A DNA stretch of 62,880 nt, counting the filler, from Candidatus Fermentibacterota bacterium (GTDB taxonomy: Bacteria > JAFGKV01), in NCBI GenBank assembly GCA_016928395.1. It is 7 parts of 7 records of this genome, joined end to end, with 100 filler letters (N's around TTAATTAATTAA, not from the genome) between each part and the next. Parts side by side here need not be neighbours in the genome. Positions count along the whole stretch, not along the records: positions 56,824 to 62,880 come from JAFGKV010000092.1; 6 more parts are not named here. One strand, 5' to 3'. The notes under the pieces were generated by a model. It saw nothing but the letters and a program-made list of their open reading frames with translations, searched no databases and was not told the origin of the DNA. Position 1 is the first letter of the stretch. Each line of letters starts with the position of its first letter. The position numbers and the translations under genes were made by a program. Positions 59,071 through 62,880 of the stretch are shown piece by piece.

Positions 59071-60468
59071 CTATCGGTCGTTCGGTACCTGCTGGTGGCC
59101 TTCTGCGGTGAGCCGGTACTGCTGCAGCCGGCTCTGCGGCTTCTCGGGAATCGTGTAGGATACCCAGTGCTTGTCAACCAACCGGCGCATCAACTGATTG
59201 AGAGGGCCCGAGACAACCTTTTGCCCCAGTGCGTACGAGAGCGCCGATTTTGACATCGGACCACTGGAGGCCAAGAGACTGAGAACCCGCACTTCCAAAG
59301 ATACCGAGTCTGGCTTTGACTCTTGCTTTGACTCTGGCTGCGACTCTGCCGCTCGGAGCTTTGATCCCGACCGAAAGGTGAAGATCACCCATAGGCCAGT
59401 ATGCCCATAGCGCAACTCTGGCGCAGGCACTCCGGCTGCGTGGCAGGCTGCCAGGATCTTCTCGATGCCGCGGCCCCAGGCTTCGATCATCCCGGCACGA
59501 AAGAACGCGTTGGCCACATCCGGGTTGTATGGCTCTGACGAATGCTTCTCCAGCAGGCGGGCAGCAGTCCAGCCGAGAGGCAACTGCCCCGAATTCCAGA
59601 TCATGATCTTGTCCGAATAGACGCTGAGCTGGATGGGAACGGCGCTGGCGTAGTCCTTGTGGGCTATCCCGTTGGTCACCGCCTCGCGCAGAGCCTCTTC
59701 GGGTACAGGGTAGGTCTCCACTCGCTGGATTCCCTCGTAGGAGATCAACGCCTTGAGGTATTTGTTCAGCAGGCGGTCCATGGTCTCGTTGACCTGGCTG
59801 AGCAGGCTGCCGTGGATCTCATCCTGGAACACTAGCTCGGCATTACTGCGAAAGTAGCCTATCTTGACGAAGGCCCCGGTGACGAAGCGCTCGGGGTCGG
59901 GATGGAAGAGCAGTACGGCCGCACGCTTAAGATACGCGCCATCCATCAGGTGCAGCTTCTCGATCAGCTCGGCGTCCGTTTCACGAAGTATCTCCGCCGA
60001 CAGCCGGCCGCTACGCTCGGCTCTCTTGCGGAAGTAGGAGAGGACGCGGCTATCAAGGTCTGCCAGCGTCACGTAGGGCACCGGCACGCCATCCCAATGC
60101 CGCCCCAGCTTGCGCAGTAGAAACCGATCCAGCGCCGCACCCTTCAACTCCTGCGTAGTACCACCGCTGCGGTAGTGATACTCCCCTTTGCAGCTGACCG
60201 GATGGGGGTAAGGCTCCACCACGATTTCCAGAGTATCCTTGCCGGCCTCCTCCACCAGATTCACGGCCACCAAAATGCCCATGATGTCGCGCACCTTGTT
60301 CGGGATGTCCTGAAGCAGCTTGCGGGCATCCCGAACCCCGACCGCCTCGCCCTGGTCATTGCGACCAATGACAAGCACGCCCCCCTCTGCGTTGGCGAAG
60401 CCACAGATCACTCTGAGGTGTCCGTCTCGCCAGGATTGCTTCCATTCGATGCGCTGAGCTTCCTTCAT
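59071..60468 (-). CDS. AlbA_2/Schlafen-like plus HATPase_c_4 plus C-terminal wHTH protein
   Basis: IEWK..FANAEGG.L.IG, REAVTN..AHKDY, N.FF..G.IE.WGRG and TIPEKP.SRLQQYRLT. Confidence 0.88.
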   Translation of the reverse strand: MKEAQRIEWKQSWRDGHLRVICGFANAEGGVLVIGRNDQGEAVGVRDARKLLQDIPNKVRDIMGILVAVNLVEEAGKDTLEIVVEPYPHPVSCKGEYHYRSGGTTQELKGAALDRFLLRKLGRHWDGVPVPYVTLADLDSRVLSYFRKRAERSGRLSAEILRETDAELIEKLHLMDGAYLKRAAVLLFHPDPERFVTGAFVKIGYFRSNAELVFQDEIHGSLLSQVNETMDRLLNKYLKALISYEGIQRVETYPVPEEALREAVTNGIAHKDYASAVPIQLSVYSDKIMIWNSGQLPLGWTAARLLEKHSSEPYNPDVANAFFRAGMIEAWGRGIEKILAACHAAGVPAPELRYGHTGLWVIFTFRSGSKLRAAESQPESKQESKPDSVSLEVRVLSLLASSGPMSKSALSYALGQKVVSGPLNQLMRRLVDKHWVSYTIPEKPQSRLQQYRLTAEGHQQVPNDR

Positions 60469-60660
60469 TTCGGGTCAATCCTCATCCTCAATGAACCCTG
60501 GGTCATTTCCTGGTCTGCCAAAAGCCTTGGTCAACCGTGGAAGCAGGCTCGCAATGAGTGAGAATGCGTGCGCAGGATACGATCACATCCTCAATGCTCC
60601 CCTTGGCGGCGTGATGGCTGTACAGAGTGACCACGAAGTAGCGACTGCGATTCCGGCGGG

Positions 60661-60861
60661 TCAACAGGGCACGGGGCGCCACGGTTCGATACGGGGCGCT
60701 CGATCATTCGTCGAGGAAGGCCCGCAACCCTCCGTCCCTGCGCCATGGTCATCAAGGACAGACGGCGTCCGAGCTGTCTGTCCGAGGGTACCGCGCAGCA
60801 GATCGACTCGACCGATTCGGTCACGCGCGATCAGAGGCGACGTGTCTACGATCACACGCAT
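60661..60861 (-). pseudogene. Degenerate DUF3368 PIN-like toxin
   Basis: MRVIVDTSPLIA..RIG..DLL start; stops at 66 aa. Confidence 0.65.
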
Positions 60862-61114
60862 CGGATACGGCCTTCAGGTCAGACTCCAGCTCCTCGGGCG
60901 TCTGCTGGAACACGCTGACCCCATGCTGCCCGCATTGCAGCAAGAACGCGACCCGCGACATGCCGGCGAGCTTGGCTGCCAAGCCGCTGGAGATCCTACC
61001 GGCTTCAAAAAGCTTCAGAGCCGCCATGAGCTGGATCTCCCTCACGGCTTCTTCCGGCCGCTTGCCCAGCGCCACCGAGAGCTCCGATGGATACTCTATC
61101 GTTGCTGTTGGCAT
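60821..61114 (-). CDS. UPF0175 family antitoxin-like protein
   Basis: ALKLFE.GRISSG.AA.LAGMSR..FL and EEL..D. Confidence 0.88.
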   Translation of the reverse strand: MPTATIEYPSELSVALGKRPEEAVREIQLMAALKLFEAGRISSGLAAKLAGMSRVAFLLQCGQHGVSVFQQTPEELESDLKAVSDACDRRHVASDRA

Positions 61115-61434
61115 GATCCGATCTCCCTGCTATTCATACAGGGCCACGATAGACGTCTGGAGAACCTCCGACCCGGACGATACACCCCACGTGCAGCCAT
61201 CGCAAGTCACCCGGTACGCAGGGTTCAGTCCCACACTCCAGCCCAAAGATCTCCTCCCGCAACGTGCAGATGTCGGGCGGTAGTTCCCGCTCCAGAACCA
61301 GCACTTCCGGTCGCCCGACACGCCATGCGTCGCGGGGCAGGCCTCAGTCACCCGTGGGAATTGACTTTGGCGAGGGGACTGCAGCGTGCAAATGGAACGG
61401 GCCTCTCGTGTCGGCAGGCGGCGGACGCCCGCTG

Positions 61435-61788
61435 CTATCGCAGAGGAAGGTAGCGCACTTGCCCCTCCCATTCGCCCTCGACGCTGCACCGTGCGATGAG
61501 AAGGATGTCGTCAATGGCGGCCCGTGGTGGAACAGAGTGGCCGACCTCGATGATGCCGGGCATCCGCCTTCCTGATCGGACCCGGGCGTAAGCCTCAGCC
61601 GTCATGGTCGTAACATCGTGGGTGAGTAGTACTCTTCCGTGCTTCGCCGCCCATTCCAGCACCGCCTCGTCACTCGCTCCCGAGAGACCGACGTCCTGAA
61701 TGCGAACAATATCCAGCCCCGGTTCTCGACGCAGCAAGCCTCTCACAATGTCGTTGTTCAAGTTCTCGTCCACAGCCAAGGAGAGCAT
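61435..61788 (-). CDS. DUF5615 PIN-like protein
   Basis: DEN, GL.GASD..VLEWA and RVLLTHD. Confidence 0.88.
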   Translation of the reverse strand: MLSLAVDENLNNDIVRGLLRREPGLDIVRIQDVGLSGASDEAVLEWAAKHGRVLLTHDVTTMTAEAYARVRSGRRMPGIIEVGHSVPPRAAIDDILLIARCSVEGEWEGQVRYLPLR

Positions 61789-61794
61789 GGCTGT

Positions 61795-62118
61795 CTATGC
61801 CCTGGCACGAGAGAGCAGGCGATCTCGTATCCCTTGAGGATCGAATCTGCGTTCGTTCTCATCCCGGACCCTCTCCCGTTGCCTGCCCCGTTCCGCCAAG
61901 TATGCTTCGATGTCTTCAGGCCTATGTAGGCAGTAGCCGACGACCTGGTAGACATCCGCAAGGGTGACACTCGGGTATTGTTGCACGATCTCTTCAGCCG
62001 TCGCCCCCGCCCGAAACGCTTCGACGATGCTCTCCAGAGTCACTCGCGTTCCGCCAACACGGGCAACGCCCTGGGCATCGGTCTCAATCGGTATGGTCGC
62101 CATCTCAGCCATGACCAT
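61795..62118 (-). CDS. DUF433 family antitoxin-like protein
   Basis: GTRV.L..IV..F..GATAEEI..QYP...LADV. Confidence 0.9.
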   Translation of the reverse strand: MVMAEMATIPIETDAQGVARVGGTRVTLESIVEAFRAGATAEEIVQQYPSVTLADVYQVVGYCLHRPEDIEAYLAERGRQRERVRDENERRFDPQGIRDRLLSRARA

Positions 62119-62631
62119 CGTCTTACCTCCAGACGTCAGATGCTCGTGGCACCATGAAGGTGCGGCGCCTCAGCACGAGGCTCGTCCAGTTTCTAGCTGC
62201 GAAGCCTGGTTGTTCACTCGCACCACAGAAACAGGTATTCAGATTCCGATCAATCAGTGGGGATGAGTCACTCACTACCAGACGCAGAGCTGACCACCTG
62301 CCGCAGGTCTGCACCCCTGCAGTGGCGGAGAACTCGGCGCTCGCCCAGGATTTCCTCGAACGCCCACCGGCTCATCCTCGCCAACTCGCGAGCCTTGCCC
62401 AGTGACAACACACCACGACGGGAGAGCGCAGGGACGAGTTCTCACAACAGTTCCGCTTCCAACTCATCCGGCGGGAGCCTCACCCCTGCGATCACGTCTT
62501 CGGAGACCTCAGGCAACAGCCTTCCCATTGGCATTCCTCCAGTTCCAATGGTACACCGTCACGAAGCCAGTCCCGGTTCGACCGCGCTATTCCCGATATC
62601 ATGTGCAAGATACGGCCCAGTCGCCGCTGTG

Positions 62632-62880
62632 TCAGCAGCTGCGCAGAGTTCCTCCGGAATATGCCGATCCTCCCCCCCATGCCCACACCGAACTGTCAGG
62701 TGGCCAGCTCCACTCCACCCGTGTGCTGCACAAGCCGCAGGCTATGCCTGCGTTCGCCTCTCCGCCCACATCCGGGTAGTATTCCTGCCACCCGCACTCC
62801 ACCATCCAGAAGCTGTTCCACCCTCCCCAGATGAACGGCTCCGTCGTCATCCCTCCATCGATCTCCCCCTGCAGCAAGAA
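62632..62880 (-). CDS. 3' end of a hypothetical protein cut by the window edge
   Basis: Trp/Gly-rich open frame; no recognisable motif. Confidence 0.3.
   Translation of the reverse strand, partial: FLLQGEIDGGMTTEPFIWGGWNSFWMVECGWQEYYPDVGGEANAGIACGLCSTRVEWSWPPDSSVWAWGGGSAYSGGTLRSC

Noticed and set aside
59300-59350. 12-bp repeats encoding ESQP/ESKQ/ESKP
   Set aside because: Short tetrapeptide linkers before the wHTH are common in this family.
1-62880. tRNA, rRNA, integrase or cas genes
   Set aside because: None recognised by eye; a covariance-model scan is needed to exclude small RNAs.

Overview
This GC-rich bacterial window is not one locus. It is seven unlinked contigs joined by 100-nt N/TTAATTAATTAA/N spacers, most likely from a metagenome bin, so neighbourhood arguments hold only within a contig. 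Contig 1 (1-15408) has a sigma54/OrpR-like 'orange protein'-type cluster (three NifX-family proteins, DUF5320, FmdB zinc ribbon, NifU-N/Mrp fusion), followed by a CDF::HflK fusion, hflC and hflK. Contig 2 has a GT4, an ABC-F ATPase and an AAA_33 kinase-like gene. Contig 3 is an FHA / PP2C / Ser-Thr kinase / PEGA signalling cluster interrupted by an intact REP-associated tyrosine transposase (RAYT) with REP/BIME arrays; a 33-bp palindromic element occurs both between genes and in frame inside the PP2C. Contig 4, possibly from another organism, has a GH13-like enzyme, a eukaryote-type PFK, an ADP-forming acetate-CoA ligase, a DRTGG protein, a DnaD-like gene plus DnaC remnant between duplicated composite repeats, and a type III Res C-terminus. 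Contig 5 has a secreted GVYG-repeat protein divergent from a catalytically dead RAYT + HTH + pseudokinase fusion. Contig 6 has a DSP, a PGA hydrolase, PPK2, an NlpC/P60-SH3 protein, a Crp/Fnr regulator, an ECF + TonB uptake operon with a NikR-like operator, and a 4Fe-4S protein. Contig 7 is a toxin-antitoxin cluster in which three of four toxins are broken. The best novelty candidates are the dead RAYT-pseudokinase fusion and the CDF-bearing HflK/C operon. All family calls come from recognising motifs by eye; no searches were run.
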